A DNA stretch of 42,776 bases, taken from assembly GCA_038850285.1 (NCBI GenBank), contig JAWCMA010000010.1, forward strand, positions 1-42,776, written 5' to 3'. Below the pieces are notes generated by a model that was not told the DNA's origin, did no database searches, and saw only the letters and a list, made by a program, of their open reading frames with translations. The stretch is from Methanocellales archaeon. GTDB lineage: Archaea; Halobacteriota; JAWCLZ01. Shown here in pieces: positions 18,791 through 25,998 of this stretch. The translations under genes were made by a program, and so were the position numbers. The first letter of the stretch is position 1. Each line of letters starts with the position of its first letter.

Positions 18791-19564
18791 CTACTTCTGC
18801 TTCTCCTTCATTATCCCCAGCATAGCTCCCAAACTTGCTCCAGCTGTTCCCTCCGTTACTACTATGAGGTTTTTCTCCCTCGATATCTCTGTCCAAGTTT
18901 GAAGCTCGCGGAGTCTAAGTGCAACTGGACTTTGAGCATAGCTCTCAGCTGCCTCTGCCATCATCTTAGCAGCTTGCCTTTCACCCTCTGCCATGATAAT
19001 GCGGCTTCTTCTTTCCCGCTCAGCCTCCGCTTGCTTGGCTATAGCCCGCTGCATGGACTCAGGTATTGCCACATCTTTGATTGAAACTGCAATTACCTTT
19101 ATCCCCCAGGGATCAGTATGTACATCAAGTATTTCCTGTATTTTTTTGCTCAAATCCTCTCTTTTTGTGAGCAATTCATCAAATTCCACCTGTCCTAAAA
19201 CATCTCTAAGCGTGGTTTGAGCCAGCATATTCGTGGCAAATACATAGTTTTGAACATTCACCACTGCCTTAGTTGGATCGAAAACGCGATAGTAAACCAC
19301 TGCATCTACGTCTACAGTTACATTGTCTCGAGTGATTATGTTTTGCTTGGGCACATCAAAGGTAACGGTACGCAGGTCCACGATTTGAGTGCGGTCAACT
19401 ATGGGCACGATGAAGAAAATACCCGGGCCCTTTGGGCCAACGAGTCTTCCAAGTCTGAAAATAACCGCTCTTTCATACTCGCGAACAATTCGAATGGAAT
19501 TCATCAGAATGAAGAGTACTATCAATAAACCGATGATTGCTATAATTATATTTCCATCTACCAT
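18791..19564 (-). CDS. Stomatin-like SPFH (slipin) protein
   Basis: REYERAVIFRLGR, DLRT, TRDNVTVDVDAVVYYRV, AQTTLRDVLG, AEAERERR. Confidence 0.95.
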   Translation of the reverse strand: MVDGNIIIAIIGLLIVLFILMNSIRIVREYERAVIFRLGRLVGPKGPGIFFIVPIVDRTQIVDLRTVTFDVPKQNIITRDNVTVDVDAVVYYRVFDPTKAVVNVQNYVFATNMLAQTTLRDVLGQVEFDELLTKREDLSKKIQEILDVHTDPWGIKVIAVSIKDVAIPESMQRAIAKQAEAERERRSRIIMAEGERQAAKMMAEAAESYAQSPVALRLRELQTWTEISREKNLIVVTEGTAGASLGAMLGIMKEKQK

Positions 19565-19664
19565 GCTATCAAATCCTGATCTAAATTCACAATCTGGCTA
19601 TATCTATCTAGTGTTTAAATTTCTTATTCTTATTTATTTTATCTATCTATATCTACTCTATTTC

Positions 19665-20840
19665 TTATTCTTCCATTATTTTATCGATTAGCTTTTCAAA
19701 AGCCTCTATAACTCCTTTTTTCTCGATTGCCACAGCAGGAATTACTGGAACATCTGCAGGGATTTTCATCCTAGTTCTAATTTCCTCTGGTTTCAAAGCC
19801 CCGGGTAAATCTTGTTTATTAGCTACTACTACATAAGGCAGTCCATGACTCATAGAGAGCGCGAACATTTCCTTAGCTCTTAAAAATTCCACTGGATTTG
19901 TGGAATCTATTATTAAAATAACTCCCATAGCTTCACTCCCAAGCATTTTAAGAATTGGATCGAAGCGCGCTTGACCAGGGGTGCCAAAGATGTCTGCTGA
20001 AAAGCCCTTATGTTCAACGTGACCGTGGTCCATTGCAATTGTTGTTCCCAAGCGATCCACTGAGACTGAGCGAGTGGAAAGAGCTTGTACAAATGAGGAC
20101 TTCCCAGCGTTATAAGGCCCTGTTACTAAAATCTTGGGAATGTATGCTTTAATTCCCCCTGGTCTAAGGACTTTGAAGAGCATTGTTCGCTTTTTTATCT
20201 CAGCCCAGTTTGCCTTTACCACGCGGTAGTACTGCCTGAAGATAACGGGTTCAGAAATACCGCCTATGCTCACCACACCGTCGAACAACTTTTCTCTCAC
20301 GCTGCGAAGGGTTTCCTCGCTATATGGCCACGCTGTGAAGCTATAGATGGAAACATTTCCATTTAAAAAATTATATTTATTCCACTTCTCGATGAATTCA
20401 AGCGTCTTCCCCTCGCCGCATATATCCATGAGGGTTGAGAGGGAGCCAAATCCAATCAAGCCATTGCCGCGCAATTCCTCTAGGGCTTCTTTAATAGCTA
20501 TATCCACGCTCTCAATATTATCTGGATTTTGAACCACGTATTTTTCATTTGATAGCTCTCCCACGAGCATTGAATATGCATCAACTATAGCAAACTTTTC
20601 TCTATATCTATCTAAATCCCAGCCAAATTCTTTAAAAGCCTGCCTAATACTTCTAGGAGGGGAATTAAATGTAATATAAATAGCACTTTTTCCCAAGGCA
20701 AGGTTATAATAAAGAGTTTGCATGCAGAAAACCTCGCCTTCTATTCCAGGGTATATGTAGTATAATAAGCTTTTGCCTTCAGGCACACCGCCACCGAGAT
20801 ATTCATCTAGCTTTGGGATGCCGGTGTAAATCACCTTCAA
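19665..20840 (-). CDS. Fusion of a degenerate KaiC/RAD55-like domain and an MglA/CvnD-type small GTPase
   Basis: N-terminal TGIPKLDEYLGGGVPEG with a broken Walker A (YIYPGIEGE). C-terminal G1 GPYNAGKS, G2 TT, G3 GTPGQ, G4 NKQD. Confidence 0.88.
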   Translation of the reverse strand: MKVIYTGIPKLDEYLGGGVPEGKSLLYYIYPGIEGEVFCMQTLYYNLALGKSAIYITFNSPPRSIRQAFKEFGWDLDRYREKFAIVDAYSMLVGELSNEKYVVQNPDNIESVDIAIKEALEELRGNGLIGFGSLSTLMDICGEGKTLEFIEKWNKYNFLNGNVSIYSFTAWPYSEETLRSVREKLFDGVVSIGGISEPVIFRQYYRVVKANWAEIKKRTMLFKVLRPGGIKAYIPKILVTGPYNAGKSSFVQALSTRSVSVDRLGTTIAMDHGHVEHKGFSADIFGTPGQARFDPILKMLGSEAMGVILIIDSTNPVEFLRAKEMFALSMSHGLPYVVVANKQDLPGALKPEEIRTRMKIPADVPVIPAVAIEKKGVIEAFEKLIDKIMEE

Positions 20841-21541
20841 TCACCCTTAATTATTACTTTTCCATTTACAATTTCATATCTAAACCAATTAGTTGGTCTT
20901 GTACCGAAACCGAAGCCTCTTAGATAATAGAAGTCGTTTTTCATTTTAATTTCAAGCACGCCGTTGAAAAGCTGCTTTAAAGTTGCAATTGCCTGCTCCT
21001 CGTGCATGCCTTCCCCTATGATATAAACTCCAAGTGCATTGGCGGACTTTATCCTACCGGTGAATACATGTAAAAATCGAAAAACTGTTTGGAGATTAGA
21101 ATACATCAAAATCGTGGAAAGAGAGTTAACGCAAAGCCTAGTACTGCGAATGCCTTTCTTCATCCAGAATTCCTCTAAGAACTGGCTGATTTTAACGCCT
21201 ATACCAGTTAAATCAACTGGACTTGAGGCACGCTTTATCAATGGGGTATCGCTAACGCTTAAACCTAGAGTCTTAGACATGCAGTCAACTATTCCAAATC
21301 GCTCTTTATGCTTCTCTATGCTCAACCCATTTTGCTCGAACCATTCAATTACACTTTCACCAGTCTCACCAGTGGAAACCAAAATTGCCGCTTCATTATT
21401 TTCAAGTCCAGCATAGAGAATATTATTTAAAATTACATTTTTACCGCACATGGGCGGGCCAATTAATAAGATGTTCGACCCAGGTTTTATATTGCCAATT
21501 GCAGCATCAAATTCTTTAATGCCAAGTTTATAACCAGTCAT
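20837..21541 (-). CDS. Single-domain KaiC/RAD55-like ATPase (~234 aa)
   Basis: Likely ATG at 21541. GPPMCGKN, SSPVDLTGIGV, LCVNSLSTILMYS, TVFRFLHVFTGRI. Its TGA overlaps the downstream TTG start by 4 nt. Confidence 0.88.
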   Translation of the reverse strand: MTGYKLGIKEFDAAIGNIKPGSNILLIGPPMCGKNVILNNILYAGLENNEAAILVSTGETGESVIEWFEQNGLSIEKHKERFGIVDCMSKTLGLSVSDTPLIKRASSPVDLTGIGVKISQFLEEFWMKKGIRSTRLCVNSLSTILMYSNLQTVFRFLHVFTGRIKSANALGVYIIGEGMHEEQAIATLKQLFNGVLEIKMKNDFYYLRGFGFGTRPTNWFRYEIVNGKVIIKGD

Positions 21542-21579
21542 ATTGCACCATTCCAACGATTTAATTAATTCACTAATAG

Positions 21580-21608
21580 TATATAAATACAAGGCTATAT
21601 AAATACAA
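21580..21608. promoter_or_regulatory. Two identical 13-mers TATATAAATACAA: candidate TATA boxes of a divergent promoter
   Basis: Exact copies at 21580-21592 and 21596-21608, between the divergent KaiC-like and radical SAM genes. The first lies ~26 nt before the radical SAM ATG. Confidence 0.55.
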
Positions 21609-21613
21609 ATTAA

Positions 21614-22663
21614 ATGGCCAAGGTGAAAAGGGATTCCACAGATTCCTTTTACACAGCTCAAACAAGAGGATGTGAGCTCTGCGCTCAAGGAGCGAAGCTT
21701 GTATTATTCATAACAGGTCTATGCTCTAGACATTGCTTCTATTGCCCTCTCTCGGATAAAAGAAGAGGAGTGGATAGAGTTTTTGCCAATGAAAGACCTG
21801 TCACTAGAGAGGAAGATGTGATAGAGGAAGCCCTGAATATGAGTGCCTTAGGCACTGGAATAACAGGTGGAGAGCCATTGCTTAAACTCGAGCGAGTGCT
21901 GCACTATATTCTCTTGCTGAAGCAAAAATTTGGCGATGAACATCACCTGCACCTCTATACTTCACTCCCAGTTAAAGCAGCAGAACTTGAGGCGCTTAGC
22001 TCAGCTGGGCTGGATGAAATAAGGTTTCACCCCCCTGAGGAACACTGGGATTCTCTCGAATCCAGCGACTACTATGAATCCCTGAAAATTGCTCGAAAAC
22101 TCGGCTTAGATATTGCGATTGAAATACCTGCAATTCGCGCTGCGAAGGGTATCATTAAAGCTCTTAAAAAAACAAGTGGATATCTCATTTTAAACGAGCT
22201 TGAATTTTCCGAGACCAACGAAGAAGAGCTAAAGGCAAGGGGGTTTGTATATAGAGATGATGTATCATATGCTGCGAAGGGAAGCAGGGAAGTTGCTTGG
22301 GAAATACTCAAGCAGCGTGAAGGAGTTCCAGTTAGATTCTGCAGCTCTCGTTTTAAAGACGCAGTGCAGATGAGGGAGAGGCTTAAGAGGATTGCAAGCA
22401 ATGTTGCTAGGCCATTTGATGAAATAACTGAAGAGGGTACAATAATCTATGGCGTTATTTCAAGCAGCCTTGAAGCTGCAGTGAAAATACTTCTGGATTT
22501 AAAGGTGCCACGTGATATGTATCAGGTGATGGAGGATCATATTGAGATAGCGTGGTGGATTTTAGATGAAATTGGAAGTAAAATTAAGCTGAATTGCGAG
22601 CTATATATATTAGAGCGATATCCTACTAAAAATGGCTTGGTTGTGGAGAAAATCCCTTTATAA
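21614..22663 (+). CDS. Radical SAM protein (archaeal COG2108-like)
   Basis: GCELCAQGAKLVLFITGLCSRHCFYCP (CxxxCxxC), ITGGEPL, LDEIRFHP, NELEFSETN. Confidence 0.9.
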   Translation: MAKVKRDSTDSFYTAQTRGCELCAQGAKLVLFITGLCSRHCFYCPLSDKRRGVDRVFANERPVTREEDVIEEALNMSALGTGITGGEPLLKLERVLHYILLLKQKFGDEHHLHLYTSLPVKAAELEALSSAGLDEIRFHPPEEHWDSLESSDYYESLKIARKLGLDIAIEIPAIRAAKGIIKALKKTSGYLILNELEFSETNEEELKARGFVYRDDVSYAAKGSREVAWEILKQREGVPVRFCSSRFKDAVQMRERLKRIASNVARPFDEITEEGTIIYGVISSSLEAAVKILLDLKVPRDMYQVMEDHIEIAWWILDEIGSKIKLNCELYILERYPTKNGLVVEKIPL

Positions 22664-22832
22664 TCTCTTTATAAAACTGAAAGGAGAAGTAGAAGGGAAG
22701 TATTCGCAAGCAGTATATGTTAACCAAAACTTTATAATTATGCAGCAAAATCAAAAAAGTTGATAAATATAGAAATTTAAGATTGATCAAAGAATTTAAG
22801 ATCAAAGATAAGCTGATTATGGATGTGGTCAT

Positions 22833-23135
22833 CTGCGCCCCAACGATGAAAAGATAAGAGAGAGATTGAGAGACTATCTAAAGCGGGATGAAATGGGGAT
22901 TAGAAAGGCAGTGCTAGAGCTGTTCCTCCAAGATAAAGCTTATACCACCGAGGAAGTCTACAGCCTGCTTAGAAACCGTGGGTTTAACATTAGCTATCGA
23001 GGAATTTCAGCAATGGTTGGACTTATGAATACTAGACTTGGAATCCTAAGCATAGATGTAACAGGTGACCACAATCTCTATTCACTGAAGCAAGGCCATA
23101 AGGAAATGGTGAAATCAGTGCTAAATAACTTCTGA
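22833..23135 (+). CDS. DUF2551 family winged-helix protein (probable CTG start at 22833; TTG at 22866 is the alternative)
   Basis: YLKRDEMGIRKAVL, SYRGISAMVGLMNTRLGIL. The frame is open upstream as LRPNDEKIRERL. Confidence 0.8.
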   Translation: MRPNDEKIRERLRDYLKRDEMGIRKAVLELFLQDKAYTTEEVYSLLRNRGFNISYRGISAMVGLMNTRLGILSIDVTGDHNLYSLKQGHKEMVKSVLNNF

Positions 23136-23136
23136 A

Positions 23137-24057
23137 GTGGTATCAATGTCAAAACTGCTGTATAAAAGCTATGAACGCCTTTTACTCAAAGAAGTAAAAT
23201 CCGGGCCAATACCACATCACATAGCAATTATTCAAGATGGAAATAGGAGATATGCTGAAAAAATAGGACAGCCTAGATACCTAGGCCACTTCTACGGCGC
23301 AGGTACAACTGAAAAAGTTATGGACTGGTGCTGGGAACTGGGAGTAAAACATTTAACTCTTTATTCCTTCTCCACTGAGAACTTTAAGAGAAGCGAGATT
23401 GAAAAAAGAGAGCTTTTCAACCTGCTGAAGCAAAAACTCAAAGAACTATGCGAGGATGAGCGAACCCACAAGCGCGAGATGCGAGTGAGAGCAATTGGTA
23501 AAATCGATTTACTGCCTCCAGACGTAGTAAGCGCGATAAAGCAAGCTGAAAGTTTAACTAAAAACTATGATAGAGTATATCTAAATATAGCCCTTGCCTA
23601 TGGCGGGCGCTGTGAAATTGTGGATGCAGCTAGAAAGATCGCTCAAAGGGTAAAGGAGGGCAGAATAAAGGTGGAGGAAATAAATGAGGATACAATCTCA
23701 GCTTATCTATACCCAGATGAAGAACCTGTGCCTAAAGTGGACTTAATAATTAGAACAGGCGGCGAGGGGAGAACCTCAAACTTCCTCCCGTGGCAGGCAA
23801 GTGGCTATGAAAGTGCTGTTTACTTCTGCGCTCCCCTCTGGCCTGAATTTAGAAAAATTGATTTTTTAAGAGCTGTTAGAACCTATCAGCTAAGGGAAAA
23901 TGAAAAGCGGCGTAAAACAGTACTGAGAATCTTCACATTGCTCCAGGAATTTGGAAAAGCTGAGCTAGAGGAGATATATAATCTCTCTAGATGTACAATT
24001 AATATCACTAAGGAAGAAGTAGGGAAAATCTTAAGAGAGGTAAAGCAAGCCAATTAG
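23137..24057 (+). CDS. uppS: Polyprenyl (undecaprenyl-type) diphosphate synthase with C-terminal extension
   Basis: PHHIAIIQDGNRR, YSFSTENFKR, LAYGGR, DLIIRTGGEGRTSNFLPWQ, WPEF. The start may be ATG at 23146. Confidence 0.95.
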   Translation: MVSMSKLLYKSYERLLLKEVKSGPIPHHIAIIQDGNRRYAEKIGQPRYLGHFYGAGTTEKVMDWCWELGVKHLTLYSFSTENFKRSEIEKRELFNLLKQKLKELCEDERTHKREMRVRAIGKIDLLPPDVVSAIKQAESLTKNYDRVYLNIALAYGGRCEIVDAARKIAQRVKEGRIKVEEINEDTISAYLYPDEEPVPKVDLIIRTGGEGRTSNFLPWQASGYESAVYFCAPLWPEFRKIDFLRAVRTYQLRENEKRRKTVLRIFTLLQEFGKAELEEIYNLSRCTINITKEEVGKILREVKQAN

Positions 24058-24159
24058 CTTTTTAAACCCAATAGACAAAATTATTAAATAAAGTTACTAT
24101 CCAAATATCACTTCTGCCCAGATTAAGGAGAACTCCATATATGAAGGGCAGTGCTACAA

Positions 24160-24258
24160 GCCTCAGTAGCTCAGTGGGTAGAGCGCTTCCTTGGTAGCAG
24201 GATCTTAATCTCCTGATAAAAAGGAAGAGGTTCACGGGTTCAATCCCCGTCTGAGGCT
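24160..24258 (+). tRNA. tRNA-Thr(GGT) with 25-nt intron at 37/38 (24197-24221); CCA not encoded
   Basis: Acceptor GCCTCAG/CTGAGGC, D arm GCTC/GAGC, anticodon stem CTTCC/GGAAG with loop TT-GGT-A|A, T arm ACGGG-TTCAATC-CCCGT, intron hairpin CAGGA/TCCTG. Confidence 0.93.
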
Positions 24259-24260
24259 TA

Positions 24261-24295
24261 TTAAATCATTTAAATCATTTAAATCATTTAAATCA
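24261..24295. repeat. Tandem repeat (TTAAATCAT)x3.9
   Basis: Copies start at 24261, 24270, 24279 and 24288 (last is 8/9), immediately 3' of tRNA-Thr. Confidence 0.9.
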
Positions 24296-24363
24296 ATTTT
24301 ATAGTACTATTGAAATTTAAATGAGCTTGTAAGAGAAGAGGATGGAGAAACCAGGTGTGGAAG

Positions 24364-24861
24364 ATGACCAAGGAATTGATAGAGGTAAGAGAGGATCCAG
24401 AGTATATTCGTCAGCTTGTTGCTAAAAAAGCAGTTCAATACTTCGCAGCTGGCTACAACTGCGCTGAGGCGATTTTACTAGCACTTTCTCAGCACTGGAA
24501 GCTAGAGAGCGAGGTTATTCCAAATATTGCCACTTGTTTCGGCGCTGGAATAGGGAGGAAAGGCTCTATCTGCGGAGCCATTACAGGCTGCATAATGGCA
24601 CTGGGATTGAAGATGGGCAGAAGAAATTACGCCGATGAAGAGCATAAAGAAAGAGCTTATTCTGCTGCTCTCGAATTTTATTCGAGATTTGAAAAACAAT
24701 TTGGCTCTGCATTTTGCTCTAGCTTGACCAAATGCGACCTCGCATCCTTAGAGGGAAAGCGGAAATATGCAAATTTAAATTTAAATAAATATCTCTGTGA
24801 AAAACTAGTCAAGCAAGCCGTTGAAGATTTGCTAGCTTTAATGGATGAATTTAAGATTTAA
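24364..24861 (+). CDS. C_GCAxxG_C_C family putative redox protein
   Basis: YNCAEA, FGAGIG, ICGAITG, CSSL, CEKLV. Likely ATG at 24364 after AGGTG. Confidence 0.9.
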   Translation: MTKELIEVREDPEYIRQLVAKKAVQYFAAGYNCAEAILLALSQHWKLESEVIPNIATCFGAGIGRKGSICGAITGCIMALGLKMGRRNYADEEHKERAYSAALEFYSRFEKQFGSAFCSSLTKCDLASLEGKRKYANLNLNKYLCEKLVKQAVEDLLALMDEFKI

Positions 24862-24939
24862 GAATAAAAATAAGAATAAGAAGAATATTTGAGAAGAATA
24901 TTTATCTAACAACATCAATTCTAAGGAAGGGTGAAAAAT

Positions 24940-25197
24940 ATGGAGAGGGAAAAAGTGGGTGAGGTCTTCAAGTACTGGAGTAAAATAGGCGTTGCAGGGA
25001 TAAAGATCATTGGTGATTTCTTGCAGATTGGTGATACAATTCAAATTCAAGGTGCTACTACAAATTTTGAGCAAAAAATTGATTCCATGCAAATTGAAAA
25101 GACACCTGTTAATAAAGCCGAGAAGGGACAAACGGTTGGAGTCAAGGTAAAGGATGCAGTTAGACCGGGGGATATCGTATATAAGATTAAGAAATGA
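24940..25197 (+). CDS. Small translation-factor-like beta-barrel protein (U32 peptidase C-terminal-like)
   Basis: VGEVFKYWSKIGVA, GDTIQIQGATT, IDSMQIE, VRPGDIVYK. SD GGTGA before ATG at 24940. Confidence 0.82.
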   Translation: MEREKVGEVFKYWSKIGVAGIKIIGDFLQIGDTIQIQGATTNFEQKIDSMQIEKTPVNKAEKGQTVGVKVKDAVRPGDIVYKIKK

Positions 25198-25258
25198 GAA
25201 ATAGATAGATATAGATATAAATGGAGATTAAGATAAAAAGCGCGAGAAAGATGATGCT

Positions 25259-25531
25259 ATGTGGCTAGAAATATTATCATTGCTATTAGGAGTTGGCTAT
25301 GGATATATCAACCCAGGTAAAGAGGATCGCATTAAACTGCTGAAAAAAGGTCTTTTAATTGGCTTAATTCTAGGAATAATCTTCGGTATAATAGGCTCAT
25401 TCTTCGGTGGTCTTTTATTTCTACCGGTTTCACTAATTCTATGGATCATTGCCATCGGCTGGCTGGCAATTCTATTCGTAGTTGGCACCTACGTTGGAGA
25501 CTGGCTAGAGGTTAAATTCAAGAAATCTTAA
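25259..25531 (+). CDS. Small hypothetical membrane protein
   Basis: Three hydrophobic segments. GYGYINPGKEDR and GTYVGDWLE motifs. Confidence 0.75.
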   Translation: MWLEILSLLLGVGYGYINPGKEDRIKLLKKGLLIGLILGIIFGIIGSFFGGLLFLPVSLILWIIAIGWLAILFVVGTYVGDWLEVKFKKS

Positions 25532-25542
25532 TGTGGAGTGAA

Positions 25543-25998
25543 ATGCGCGATCTAAAGCGCTTGAGGCTGATCGGTGATTATCAATTTGGCACTGGCGCTG
25601 GTAAAGTCCTTTTTCCAGAGTCAGCTGAATTCATCTACTCCTCTAAGGATAAAGTGCGGCAGATTTACGATGGCGGCAGGAGAATTGCATCGCTGCGCGC
25701 TAGCGATGGACTGTTAACACTAAGCTTGGAGGGAGGGGAGAGGCTTCGAAGATTCCTTCCATTTCCCAAACTCAGAGTTGTAATTAGCGATGAAGCTGTG
25801 CCATTCGTGGCCAGCGGGAGATCTGCTTTTGCCCGCCACGTGATCGATGTGGATATAGATATACGTGCAGGTGAGGAAGTCCTAGTTGTTGATAAGAATG
25901 ACTGCCTTCTTGCAACAGGTAAAGCAGTTCTCTCTGCTCAAGAAATGCTTAGCTTTAGAAAAGGAGTTGCGGTGGAAATACGCGCGGCTAGAGAATAG
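25543..25998 (+). CDS. Stand-alone PUA-domain protein resembling the C-terminal domains of archaeosine tRNA-guanine transglycosylase
   Basis: DYQFGTGAG, RASDGLLTLSLEG, GRSAFARHV...IRAGEEVLVVD...LLATGKA. SD GGAGTG before ATG at 25543 (ATG at 25531 is the alternative). Confidence 0.85.
   Translation: MRDLKRLRLIGDYQFGTGAGKVLFPESAEFIYSSKDKVRQIYDGGRRIASLRASDGLLTLSLEGGERLRRFLPFPKLRVVISDEAVPFVASGRSAFARHVIDVDIDIRAGEEVLVVDKNDCLLATGKAVLSAQEMLSFRKGVAVEIRAARE

Noticed and set aside
18780-18896. N-terminal extension of NfeD in the ORF track
   Set aside because: It overlaps the SPFH gene in another frame, and the signal peptide begins at ATG 18779.
20837-21688. 283-aa version of the KaiC-like ORF
   Set aside because: The extension overlaps the radical SAM gene and the AT-rich promoter. 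ATG at 21541 with upstream GGTG fits better.
23221-23250. UppS IIQDGNRR instead of IIMDGNRR
   Set aside because: The Gln variant is, as I recall, common in euryarchaeal cis-prenyltransferases, and the catalytic DGNRR is intact.
24160-25531. Genomic island integrated at tRNA-Thr (or at tRNA-Ser 36238-36343)
   Set aside because: No integrase, no duplicated tRNA 3' end and no obvious compositional shift in the window.
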